The notes beneath the pieces were generated by a model. It was not told the origin of the DNA and did not search any database. It saw only the letters and a program-made list of their open reading frames with translations. A DNA stretch of 62,935 nucleotides, counting the filler, from Craspedostauros australis (lineage: Eukaryota): the NCBI GenBank assembly GCA_030167865.1. It is 9 parts of 9 records of this genome, joined end to end, with 100 filler letters (N's around TTAATTAATTAA, not from the genome) between each part and the next. Parts side by side here need not be neighbours in the genome. Positions count along the whole stretch, not along the records: positions 34,092 to 38,090 come from JALAGF010005625.1; positions 38,191 to 57,805 come from JALAGF010005626.1; 7 more parts are not named here. One strand, 5' to 3'. Numbering within the stretch: the stretch's first letter is position 1; the number at the start of each line of letters is the position of its first letter. Below, in pieces: positions 37,846 to 48,391 of the stretch. The position numbers and the translations under genes are program-made.

Positions 37846-38659
37846 AAAGGAAGCAGGTTCGACGGGACTCGATGACACTTCAACCGAACGGAAGCAATGA
37901 CTAAATTTGTCCGAGTAACACCGACTGATAAAGTAGTAATATCAATGAATCAAACGAAGACGTCGCTGCGACATTTGCTTTGTCAACATCTCACAAACAA
38001 CAAAGAATCACAACAAATGACAAAAACCACTATCAAGTCGTACTAGTCGTAAACTGAAGTATTTGATGCACTTGCCGGGTGTCCCAGGTGNNNNNNNNNN
38101 NNNNNNNNNNNNNNNNNNNNNNNNNNNNNNNNNNTTAATTAATTAANNNNNNNNNNNNNNNNNNNNNNNNNNNNNNNNNNNNNNNNNNNNTCTTCCTATC
38201 AGGTTGAGGCGTCACAAATCCGGACCAAAACATCAGCTCTGGCGATTCTGGTATGCAGCATGATACCATCCACACCACAAAGCACAGCAATTGCAAAGCG
38301 AGCACAACGTGCAGATCAACCTACGTCTTTTCACTGAATGCAAGCAAAAGGGTTGAACTAGTGAATGGCTCGACATGCGCGGCGCGGCATTGAATGGATC
38401 ACTGATCATCTGCTTGAATCATAGTTACTAGTACTACTCTGACTCCTCATCTAATTCATCTTCTTCATTGCATGACATGCTTGCTCATCAGTTTGTTGTT
38501 GCTGCTGTTGTTGCTGCTTTATTTCTCTTCCTCGGCAGCGCCGTCGCTCTCAGCCACCCTGGAAGATGTGATGGAACGCACGAAGCGCAACAGCGCAACG
38601 CGATACATGTACGAATCCACCTGCGCAGCACCCTCGTCTTCATCTACAACCTTGTGCAA

Positions 38660-39394
38660 CTACATCATGGACATGCCACCATATTCATCATCAACTCCAT
38701 CACTCTCCACTGCCCCACTGCGGAGGACATGAATGCCTCCCATCGGTTGATGGTATGGAATCAGCTTGCTGAAATCTGGATGAGTGAACATGTCTTTCTC
38801 TCTCTCTGCTGCCATTCTCATTGCTGCATCCTTCAACACCACGCAGTTGTGTACATCGGCGAATATCAGTGCATCTATCATGGTGTCTTCTGTGAGATGC
38901 TTGTGGGCCAACTCTGCTTCAAGAACAAGCTTGAGTCGCTAGAAGCCGAACTCGTTGGGCACAAGGATCAGCTGTTGCAGATCGTCCTGTCCAGTGAGGA
39001 TGGGAGTTGACTGGTGAGAGGCATCTGCATCGTGGTGGGCGCCGGCGTGAGCGCCAACATGAGCGGCGACGTGAGCAGCAGTGTTGTCACGAGTGCTGCC
39101 ACTGAAGGATATCTCTCCTGTGTAGATGTATTGGAGGACGTATCGGATGTGTTTGGGTTGAAGGATAGGAAGAGAGACGGTTACTTGCATGGGCACCGCG
39201 CCGTCTTCGGTCCAATCATTCACGCTGATGTTGGATTCCTTTGTCAATCAGTGTCTGAATGGATGGGATGGTGATCATGAGGACTTCAGAGTTTGCCTTG
39301 AATGGTTGCTGTTGGTCGCCCTGTCCACACAAGAAGACGGAATCTGTCCTGTTCCCAGTTTAGAAGGACTTGAGTCGGTCTTCTCCAATGCTGA
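38660..39394 (-). pseudogene. Disrupted BTB/POZ (+BACK-like) domain downstream of the ankyrin ORF
   Basis: KSF*TGNRTDSVFLCG...FKANSEVL in one frame; frameshift to PKHIRYVLQYIYTGEI...ILVPNEFGF*RLKLVLEAEL...ALIFADVHNCVVLKDAAM (TAG at 38939-38941). Confidence 0.75.
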
Positions 39395-40267
39395 TTAGAT
39401 CCTCTTGTGGCTGCTGTGTTTGTGTTCATTCTCTTGCTTCCTGCGCTTCAACTGCTGTCTCAACTGTTCTTGTGGTTGTTCATTCTCTTGCCCGTTTTGT
39501 TGCAAGCGTTGCCGCAGTTGCTGTAGTTGTGGGTGAGCTGAAGGTGAAGGTGAAAGTCCTCGGATGAGGGACTCCATACAGTCCAGTTGATTGTTGTGGT
39601 ATGCCCAATGAAGAGGAGTGTCACCATTGTTGTTTTGGCAGTTGATGTTGGCCTCACATGATTCGATGAGGTACTCCATACACTCCAGGTGGCCGTTGTA
39701 GCATGCATGATGAAGGGGAGTCCAACCATTGTTGTTTTTGCAGTTGATGTTCGCCTCACATGATTTGGTGAGGTACTTCACACACTCCAGTTTGCCGTTG
39801 TAGCATGCCCGATGAAGGAGAGTCCAACCTTGGTTGTCTTTGCAGTTGCTGTCCGCCTCACATGATTCGATGAGGTACTTGACACACTCCAGGTGGCCGC
39901 TGTAGCATGCATGATGAAGGGGAGTCCAACCTTGGTTGTTTTGGCAGTTGATGTTCACCAAACATGATTCGGTGAGGTACTCCATACACTCCAGCTGGCC
40001 GTTGGAGCATGCCTTATGGAGGGGAGTGTCACCATTGTTGTTTTGGCAGTTGATGTTCGCCTCACATGATTTGATGAGGTACTTGACACACTCCAGGTGG
40101 CCGTTGGAGCATGCCCAATGGAGGGGAGTCCGGCCAATCCCGTCTGTAACCTTGTTGACATCAACTCCTTCATTCTGCATCTTGTTCTGCTTCTTCCATT
40201 CCTTCAACACCAACAAGTCACCTACCCTGGCAGCACGAAGGAGTTGTTGGTCAGTGACATTCGGCAT
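39395..40267 (-). CDS. Ankyrin-repeat protein (~6 near-identical 34-aa repeats), probably the 5' part of a broken Ank-BTB gene
   Basis: Repeats G(W/D)TPLHxACxNGHLECVKYLIESCEANINCQNNN. Confidence 0.88.
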   Translation of the reverse strand: MPNVTDQQLLRAARVGDLLVLKEWKKQNKMQNEGVDVNKVTDGIGRTPLHWACSNGHLECVKYLIKSCEANINCQNNNGDTPLHKACSNGQLECMEYLTESCLVNINCQNNQGWTPLHHACYSGHLECVKYLIESCEADSNCKDNQGWTLLHRACYNGKLECVKYLTKSCEANINCKNNNGWTPLHHACYNGHLECMEYLIESCEANINCQNNNGDTPLHWAYHNNQLDCMESLIRGLSPSPSAHPQLQQLRQRLQQNGQENEQPQEQLRQQLKRRKQENEHKHSSHKRI

Positions 40268-40754
40268 TTTGAGGGGATGGTCGATGGCGTTGGATTGGCT
40301 GCCGAGGAAGTGTGTAGTCTGAGCTATCTATGGCAGAGAGATCGATGGTGTGTCTTCAATACCTTGTATTGCTATGAGTGGCAACTCGATGTCTGTTGTT
40401 AGTGTGCTCGAGTATGGGGCGAGTGGTGTTGTTGTCTTGTTGTCTTGATCGCCACGGTCCTCTGTTTGTCTCTTTCTCTCTTTGTGCCCGAGTCGCTGTA
40501 CGACCTTGTGTTGCTGTGGGTGTTTCGAATGCGATCTTGAGGTCCCATCACTCAAACGAGTCGTGCGAGTGTGAGGAGGGATTCGCGACTCCGCTTTGTC
40601 GCATGCGTGTGCGTATCCTTGATGTTCGCCATTTGCGTTCGCTCAGTTTCCCCCTCGAGAAGACGACAATACACATTGCACAAACTTCGACCCATGATAC
40701 CCAAACACAACACTCTTCTCGAGAGTAAACATCATACAGTTCCCTTGCTCGACG

Positions 40755-42497
40755 ATGATCAGATCGCACTGCCTCATCGCATGCTATGCGTTCGCATGCT
40801 GTCTTTCAACAAGCATTGCGTTCGTTCCTTCATTGCCTTCATGGCCTTCGTCAGCTTCGATAACAGGTCACGAGACTCATGGGGGTGCAGGTGCTTGCGC
40901 CGCTCGGAGACTTCCTTCGTTGCGCCTGGCAGCCAAGCAAAAGATCTCATTTGATGCGCTGGACGGAACGAGCGTCCTGGTGGTCGGTGGATCGGGACGC
41001 GTGGGCTGAAGCGTCGTGACGCAGCTGCTGAAGCGAGGATCGGCGGTCACCGTGGGTGGCACCAGCGTCGATTCCTTCCTCGCGGCGCAGCAACGCTGGC
41101 ACACCAGCTTCCCCAATCTACCGGTGGACGATGTGTAATTCCAGGCTCTGGACCGCGAGGAGGAGCAATCCGTCGCATCGGTGCTGCAGCGGGGCAGCTA
41201 CGATTTGTGCGTCCACACGGCCGGTCCCTTCCAAGGCAAGGTCAAGGCGCCCAACGGTGTCATCGCGGCCTGCGTGTCCAACGGCGTTGCTTACATCGAC
41301 GTTTGCGATGACTACTGCACAGGCTCTGCCGCCAAGGCGAAGCACAATGCCAAGGCCATCGAATCCAACGTCCCTTGCATCATCAGCACCGGATGCTGGC
41401 CAGGCGTTTCCAGTCTCATGGCCAAGCAGCTCGTGCGGCAAGTCCTTCAGCAAAACAAGAACCTCAAGCCGGCCGATCTCAACGTCGATTTCGGGTTCTT
41501 CACGGCGGGATCAGGCGGTGCCGGAGCAACCCTGCTCGTGGCGACATTCCTCATTCTGGCAGAAGAAGCGTTGACGGTCGTCAAGGGTCGCCGCATTCCA
41601 GTCGCGGCGATGAAGGACTACGAGACGGTCAATTTCGGTTCCATCGTAGGAGACAAGCCGATCGCCCCTTTGAATCTATTGGAGAGCACGTCCGTGTGAG
41701 TGATCGGCATGGTTCTATTCGGGGGAGATGAGGTGGACGATGAGAGTTGTGGAGACTGTCGCATCTCCCTTTCATGCTGCTCCTTGTTGCCCAATCCTGA
41801 CTGAGCCTTTGTACTGGTCGATGAGCCAGGTTTGCAAGCATTACATCCAGCCACATCACAATCATACACTCATCCTTTGACTTCTGCACTGCTTCGTTAC
41901 AAATTCTTGGATTGTTCCTTCTCGAAATACTGCCAACCAATCATGCACACGACACGACATGAAACCACACCACACCAAACTATACGAATCAACAGCCATG
42001 ACGTTCTGGGAGTCGGCAGCGTCAAGTCATTGTTCGGAACCGCACCAGGATTCTGGAACACGTTGCTCGGCGCCATGGCGCAGCTGCCATCATCCTTGCT
42101 TGCCAACGAACAGATCATGACCAAACTCGCAATCTTCTCGCTGCCGATCGTCCGCGTCGTCGATTATTTTGCCGGCGCCACCAACGCCATGCGATGCGAT
42201 GTCACGTGCGATTCGGATTCATCTATCCGAGCTACGGCCCTCTACGCGCATGAGAATCTGGAACCCTGCGTTGGCGAATGCGTGGTCGCGTTTTGCTGCG
42301 TAGTCCTCGCCGGTCACGTGCAGGCTGGGGTCCAATTTCCGGAAGAAGCCATCGCGGGCGGCGAAAGTGCCGTCTCCGTTCTGTCGTTGGCCAGCGTCGG
42401 AGCGCACACGAAGGAAGTGAGCGGCAGAGGCGATCTGAAGGTCGAAGATGTGTGGGGTGCGCCGAATCGCGATGTCATAACCGAGACGCTGCGGTAG
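40755..42497 (+). pseudogene. Plastid-targeted saccharopine-dehydrogenase-like oxidoreductase with two in-frame stops; intron 41696-41995
   Basis: Presequence STSIA|FVP; Rossmann VLVVGGSGRVG*S (TGA 41007-41009); TAA 41136-41138; HTAGPFQ, YIDVCDD, STGCWPGVS, TAGSGGAG, FGTAPGFWN, FPEEA; phase-2 GTGAGT...CAG intron. Confidence 0.85.
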
Positions 42498-42760
42498 CTT
42501 ACGTATCTCCTCCATGTGGTGCCATTCTTGATTGACATTCGATTTACTCGTGTGACGAAGGTATTCTGTTCCATTTTTCTGCCATACCTACAAGTGCGGC
42601 AGCGACGATGCAGAGTATTTCCATTCATAGGGAGCTCCAGAGAGTAGTTGCACGAGCTTGACAGATGTAGAGTGCAACGACAATGCTTGCAGCGTGAGGA
42701 AGAATCCTTCGCAATTGCTAATGTTATACGCTGCCTCTCTCTCTCTTCTGACCACGACGA

Positions 42761-43433
42761 CTACCGAGTCAATCGGATCATCGACTTGGTTGTGGATGTC
42801 GGCATTTCCGTCCCAGCAACACCATCCAAAACACGGTACGTCTTCATGATCTCCAAGCCTTCCACAATTCGATTGCCGCCATCATCATATCCCGATTTGT
42901 GCGGATGGGATGAACTTGACTTGGTACTGTTCGGGCGCCTTGAGCCCGCCATTATTCCTACTTCCCCCGCCAAGTGCCTTCCACGCTGATTCGGCTTGGA
43001 AACCACCTCCCTCCGACGACACGACCACACGTTCGCAATTCCATGTTCCTTCCATCGATTTTGGAAATACTGCGTCGATCGTCTTGAGCTGCTTGCCGGA
43101 TCGCATATCGAAGCCACTACCAACATCCACCGTGCGCGATGTCGTATCCACAGGCGCGGATATAGCCTGGGAAGGCGATGGCGATGATATCAGCATGGTG
43201 CTGGCAATGCATGATGCGATAGTAGCTGGTGTGCGCTGCAAGAAAGATCTTCTGCTGTTCTCCGATGATGCTGGCGATGGCTGCGACACTCTCGGTGATG
43301 ATGGATGCTGTGCCGACGATGGTGAGAACGATGACGGAAGTGGAGTTGTCTGATGCGTACCAAGATGAAGCCCATCACATACATCGATCCAAGTCGCGAT
43401 GGCCAGAAGAGAGAGCAACGTTATTCGCATCAT
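42761..43433 (-). pseudogene. Thylakoid-lumen-type protein with frameshift and probable internal deletion near 42890
   Basis: Signal peptide, SRRSFL Tat motif, SQA cleavage, FPKSMEGTWNCER; frame stops at 42885 while a protein-like C-terminus (GNRIVEGLEIMKTYRVLDGVAGTEMPTSTTKS) lies in another frame with no room for an intron. Confidence 0.62.
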
Positions 43434-44079
43434 CGTTGGTTCGAATACAAGTCCGCTGTGGTGCTTGATCCTTCTTTACTCCTCTCGTGGATGTTGTTGT
43501 CGTTGTTGTTGTTAATCTTTGGAGGCAACAGGTTGGGAATTGAAGATCGAGAGCGATGTCTCCTACTGTCATCCGGCACGGCCATGTCGGTGTTGTGGTT
43601 GTAGTTGTAGTTGTGATTGTGGGGGTTGATGGGTGTGTGATGCGAAAGGAGGGATGGCAGAAACATCTTTGCTGACGCAGACCAATCAGAGACACATCAA
43701 CGAAGCCGACTTCGGGTCGCCACAACGATCTCACCATCACACATTGTACCACACGAAGCGTGGAAGGCAAGTTCGGCGAGTCGTACGAAAGAAGAACATC
43801 CCCTCACCGTTCCAAGGCATTCACAATCTCGTGCAATGAGTACATCAGTACATCAATCGAAGATCAATATGTGTCATGCAATATGCTGCGTTGAGCCACT
43901 CTCTCTAGATACAAATACTGAATCTATTTGTGTTTACACAGGAGTATTTCATTCCTGCGAGGGCTTCATCTTCCATACCGGACTCAGCAGAAAGCTGCCG
44001 AAGATGGTTGCCGTATTTGGAGCAGGACAATCCGTCCACCACTTTGGTAAGAATGTCGACGATCATAGATGCTGCTCGA

Positions 44080-44997
44080 TTAGAACCCCTCGACCGGTTC
44101 CATCCACTGTCCTGGGGAGGGTCTGCGATTGCGCCATACCGAGTTTCTGATGTCATCCTCGGATTCGCTGTCGGAGGCATCCTCCACAATCACAGTGATG
44201 AACTTCTTCTTGTTCTGTTTCTGCTTGCTGCTTCGCTTTGTTGCATCCTTTTGGCGTCCCTCAATGCTTGGCGCGGCATCTTGGGGATCAGCATGGCGGC
44301 GGTGGGCTTTTGCTTCAGTATCGGTCTCTGAGAAATCGGTGGGCTTCGCACGTGCTGGGGACGGATTGGATGGCCCCGAGCGGCGGTCCTCATGGATGGA
44401 TGATCGCTTCTCCTTCGGACTCACACTTTGGACTGGGATTTTGTAGATGCGCCCGTCAAGACCACGGACCAATTGGTAGGATGGTTGTTCTGCCTCCTCC
44501 TCCTCCTCATGCTCATGTTGTTGCTGCTGTTGCTGCTGTCGTTGCTGGCTGCGGCGACGATGGCGGTTGACGATCGGAGAGTGTCGTTGGCTGCTTGATT
44601 CATCGCCGGAACTCTCATCGTCATGGTCAGCAAACCATGAATTGAACTGCTGACGGCGTCGCTGCCTCATGGCTGCTTCCATCTCAGCCTGGCGACGACG
44701 CTCTGCCACCATGCGTTCGTATTCTTGTTGACGCTGACGTTCTGCGACATAGTGCTCATATTCCTGGCGGCGGCGGCGCTGCCGCATGGCTTCCTGCATC
44801 TCTTCCATCTGCTTGTGGCGGTAGTAGTCTTCGATCTCCGCCCGTCGTTGCGCTTCTCTCCGAGCAGCGGCGGCCGCGTGTCTCCGATTGTACATCTCAT
44901 CGGCGTTCATAGTCGTATAGTGTTGCGGCTGGCTGCGGCGAAAGTATGGCTCGTACTCGCCGTTGTAGGTATCGAATGGTGAAGGTGAGAATATCAT
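44080..44997 (-). CDS. Hypothetical charged coiled-coil protein with motif-like C-terminus
   Basis: Arg/Glu/Gln-rich helix; LVRGLDGRIYKI; ends ITVIVEDASDSESEDD...SVWRNRRPSPGQWMEPVEGF. Confidence 0.7.
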   Translation of the reverse strand: MIFSPSPFDTYNGEYEPYFRRSQPQHYTTMNADEMYNRRHAAAAARREAQRRAEIEDYYRHKQMEEMQEAMRQRRRRQEYEHYVAERQRQQEYERMVAERRRQAEMEAAMRQRRRQQFNSWFADHDDESSGDESSSQRHSPIVNRHRRRSQQRQQQQQQQHEHEEEEEAEQPSYQLVRGLDGRIYKIPVQSVSPKEKRSSIHEDRRSGPSNPSPARAKPTDFSETDTEAKAHRRHADPQDAAPSIEGRQKDATKRSSKQKQNKKKFITVIVEDASDSESEDDIRNSVWRNRRPSPGQWMEPVEGF

Positions 44998-45010
44998 TGT
45001 CGTGTCCTTC

Positions 45011-45163
45011 GTTGTTGGTTGTGAGTTGTTGGTTGTGAGTTGTTGGTTGTGAGTTGTTGGTTGTGAGTTGTTGGTTGTGAGTTGTTGCTTGTGAGTTGTT
45101 GCTTGTGAGTTGTTGCTTGTGAGTTGTTGCTTGTGAGTTGTTGCTTGTGAGTTGTTGCTTGTG
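45011..45163. repeat. 14-bp minisatellite (GTTGTTG[G/C]TTGTGA) ~11 copies, just upstream of the 44997 start
   Basis: Five G-type units followed by five to six C-type units. Confidence 0.95.
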
Positions 45164-45770
45164 TGCTGTTGCTTGTTGCATTTTGTGAGACGATTTCGTT
45201 GTGGAGGAGGTTTGTGTTTCTGTCGCAAGTCGTGACATCCCTGATCGATTTTCGGAGAATTTCTCGATGTGTTCTTCGATCGAATTCTTTTGTGCTCTCA
45301 GTCGTGCGACAATCCCGAGTTCACATCGTTGTTCGACACTGCAATCGTCTGTCCGTATGTACATACAATGAGATGAAGTCTACGAGTTCGAGTCGAGACC
45401 GTGGAGCATCTGCGCACAACTGTACGACTACCAGTAATGTCGTGATTTCGAAAGGAAAGCCATCCCATTTCCAACTCAAACCTGCAAATAAAAAGAGTAC
45501 TTACTCTCGACAGCATGGTGCCTGCCGTAGATCCTAACACTGTACTGTACCACATGCTTGACGAAACTCATTTCCATGGTCATCAAATTGAAACATGTAT
45601 TCTATTGCACTATGCGCGGTTTCGTTCTTACATGGAGTATGGTACATACAGATGGTGAACTTTAGCGATGCTTCGGCTGATTGAGACGATGCAAGATGGC
45701 AGCGTTCATCCTGTCGATCCGAGATGACCTGACGAGCGAGTGCTGGGAAAGTCTTGCGCGAAATACGAAG

Positions 45771-46770
45771 CTATTCTTCTCTGCGAATGCTGCTGTTGCT
45801 ACCGCTACGGTTGCCAATTGCCGAGCATAGCCTTGCGGTACCAGTGGGCTGATGCAGCTCCAACAGCGCCAGGGCAGCATGGACCGCGTCGACATCATAC
45901 GTCTGGACCTGCTGCGGAATCTTCAAACGGGTAGGGTGAGGGTGTGTAACCACGGACGTGCGGTCGTCGTCATTCATGGGAATGGCGGACACGCATCGCG
46001 AAGGCTGAGGATGCGTGTTGGAGCTTGGCCGGTTGAGATCCTTCCAGTACGCGTTGACGTCTCCCTTGTATTTGTCATACGCATAAAAGATGTCTTCCCC
46101 TCTCTCCATCTTTGCAATGCACACAGTAGCATGTGTGTTGATCTGCTTCGCCGATCTGCACGTGTATGTTGGTGAATGCGCGTGTTGGAATGAGTGCATG
46201 CATTTTAGATGTTTGCGTTGGAGTGCCACAGCATTGGATTGGTGACGACAAGACGGATGATGATGTGATAGGTCAGAAGGAGGAACGACCGAAACGAATG
46301 CAATTGCGATGACCATTGTGAGACTGTGCGGAGCAAATGTCGTCCCTTCCAAAAAAAACAATCATCACTCCACCACAACCACGAGCCACAACGAAATGGA
46401 GCACCACACACACTCACACACTTGCGCGCACACACGCATTGTCGTACCTTGTCGGGATGCTCTTGACATATTTGCTCCAACAGCCTGCGCCGAGTGTTCG
46501 GAGGCAATAGAGAAACGCAAAATGCTCCGGAAGCGTCCAACGGCCTTGAAGATTGCGGCGTCTGCCTTGCTTCGATGTACGAGCACGATGGCGACGGGTT
46601 GGCTGTGGCTTGCGCATCACGTGACCATGCGAAGGCAGTGGCCGGCACCGCGCATTGCAGCATGGTCCGGGCACAGTGTTCGCCACGATGGGTTGCAACG
46701 GGATGCGATCGTCGTATCGAGGGCGCGTCATGGTGGGGCGCGTGCGGATGGGTTGTGCTTGGTCGTTCAT
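45771..46770 (-). CDS. Single-repeat Myb (SHAQKYF-class) transcription factor; exons 46770-46448 and 46155-45771
   Basis: GRWTLPEHFAFLYCLRTLGAGCWSKYVKSIPTR joined across phase-2 intron 46156-46447 (GTAC...TGCAG) to SAKQINTHATVCIAKMERGEDIF. Confidence 0.8.
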
Positions 46771-47491
46771 TTGTGAGAGGAGCGTTGTGGCACGGAACGA
46801 ATTCAGTCGCTGATCCTGATTTGTGTCTGGTTCAAGATTGTGAGAGTTGCTCGGAATGGGGGATCCTCAATCGTCCACATCCGTAGCAGATACAGACACG
46901 CCCACCGCATCAAGCGAAAGAGGCATCGGACTCGAGAGATGCCGTGCAACGGTGAGATCGATGTTCGACCCTCGCAGCATCGTTCCATTTTGTGTTCCAG
47001 AGCGGCCGGCCGGCTCGAAAAGCGGTTGGAGGGTATCCATGGAATCACGAGTCATCACGGAATCTCGTGATTCAATCATAACTTTGACACACAAGAACAA
47101 CAACAACGCGGACACAAGGTGCAACATGTCCGCACATGCAACAAGGAGGAAGAAAGAGAGGAACAGAGAGAGGTTGAGACGAAGAAAAGGGAGAACCAAG
47201 CAAGGTCAGGCTGGATTGGTCTTGGAAACGAGGTCTCATGTTGTTGCGGCAAACAACCAAATGAATGGTGTGTTGCGTTCTCCACACGCCCAGTCTGCTC
47301 TGTTAGCGGTGTGGAAGGCATACTCGTGCGCGTGCGTGATGGAGAGTTGTGACTGTGTCGCACTGTACTCGTTGGCTTACTTTTAACAGAGTAATCATTT
47401 GTTCAATTGCTTCAGTTGTGGGGATGTTGGTTGGTTGGATTGGATTGGGTGCCTGTCCAAACCGGTACGCTATTTTTGTGAGGACATCTTG

Positions 47492-48391
47492 TTAAGAAGT
47501 GTCCATGGCATTGTCATCATCGTCATCGAATTCGTTCGGCAGCGAATTGGATCTCTGCCGTTGCGATGAGAACTGCATGGTCGCAAAGTTCGTCGGTCTG
47601 CTGTAAGAAGTGTTGATGGCCGAATCGTCCTGAACGGCAGCGGACGCAAACTGGCCGTTGCCGAAGCTGGGTATGGGTTGAGGCACGTACCTGGCAGCAG
47701 CAGCAGGGCCAACGGAAGGATGGAGCGGCGGGGCAGCCGCAGCAGCACCGTACCCCGCATGAGGCATATGCACCCCACCTCCCCCTGCTGCTGCTGCTAC
47801 TGAGGCGGCAGGCATGCTGGCAGGCAGTGCGCTTGGTGCTTGCATGCCATTTCCGTTGAGGTTCTGATTGCTTCCGATGTGACTGTTGCCATTCCCATTG
47901 CCGTCTCCATTGGTGCTCTTGTGATGGTGGTTCTGGTTGTGCTGATGCTGATGAGGTTGGCCGTGACCGTTGCTCCCAGTGGCGCCATTCCCATAGACGA
48001 CCTCGAGCGTGACGGCCCTGTCTGTATGCGCGGGCACCATCTCCGATTGGAGCTGCTCGTCGGAAGAGGCGGATGTTAAGGATTGCTCATCATCTCCGGA
48101 CACGGGCCCAGCCGGCAAAGAGTGCCCGTTTTGCGACAGGCGCATGTTCTGCAGTGGACGATTTGTGGCCATGGCTTCGAAGTTGACATTCTGCGGAGCA
48201 TCCGTGATGGTCTTCCTTCGTTTTCGTGCGGGTCTTGTCCTCATGGAGTCTGCCTTGGACTCGGTCTGTGATATGTCAGCCTGTGAGACGTCGGCTTGCG
48301 AAAGATCCGCCTGCGACGATGCGTCAACTTGTGAGGAGGCATCGCACTGGGTTGAAGTCGCGAAAGAATCGTCGTCACGTCGTCGCCTCAT
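47492..48391 (-). CDS. Hypothetical low-complexity (likely nuclear) protein
   Basis: 299-aa ORF; basic RPARKRRK segment, SQAD repeats, His/Asn/Gly and Ala/Pro tracts, RQRSNSLP. Confidence 0.6.
   Translation of the reverse strand: MRRRRDDDSFATSTQCDASSQVDASSQADLSQADVSQADISQTESKADSMRTRPARKRRKTITDAPQNVNFEAMATNRPLQNMRLSQNGHSLPAGPVSGDDEQSLTSASSDEQLQSEMVPAHTDRAVTLEVVYGNGATGSNGHGQPHQHQHNQNHHHKSTNGDGNGNGNSHIGSNQNLNGNGMQAPSALPASMPAASVAAAAGGGGVHMPHAGYGAAAAAPPLHPSVGPAAAARYVPQPIPSFGNGQFASAAVQDDSAINTSYSRPTNFATMQFSSQRQRSNSLPNEFDDDDDNAMDTS

Larger units (their letters stand above)
34738..38084. mobile_element. Non-autonomous PIF/Harbinger-type DNA transposon with 15-bp TIRs (GGACACCCGGCAAGT) and 3-bp CAG TSD
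   Basis: cag|GGACACCCGGCAAGTcCAT ... ATGcACTTGCCGGGTGTCC|cag; internal transposase relic; one N gap with duplicated sequence inflates the length by ~0.6 kb. Confidence 0.82.

Noticed and set aside
41007..41009. TGA as selenocysteine or an alternative genetic code
   Set aside because: The position corresponds to Gly in the Rossmann loop, a second TAA stop follows, and adjacent genes use TGA/TAA/TAG as terminators
44998..45228. N-terminal QLTSNNSQATTHK repeat extension of the 382-aa ORF
   Set aside because: Arises from the 14-bp (non-triplet) minisatellite; the likely start is the ATG at 44997
45250..45290. Heat-shock-element-like GAA/TTC cluster upstream of the 44997 gene
   Set aside because: Spacing does not fit canonical alternating nGAAn units
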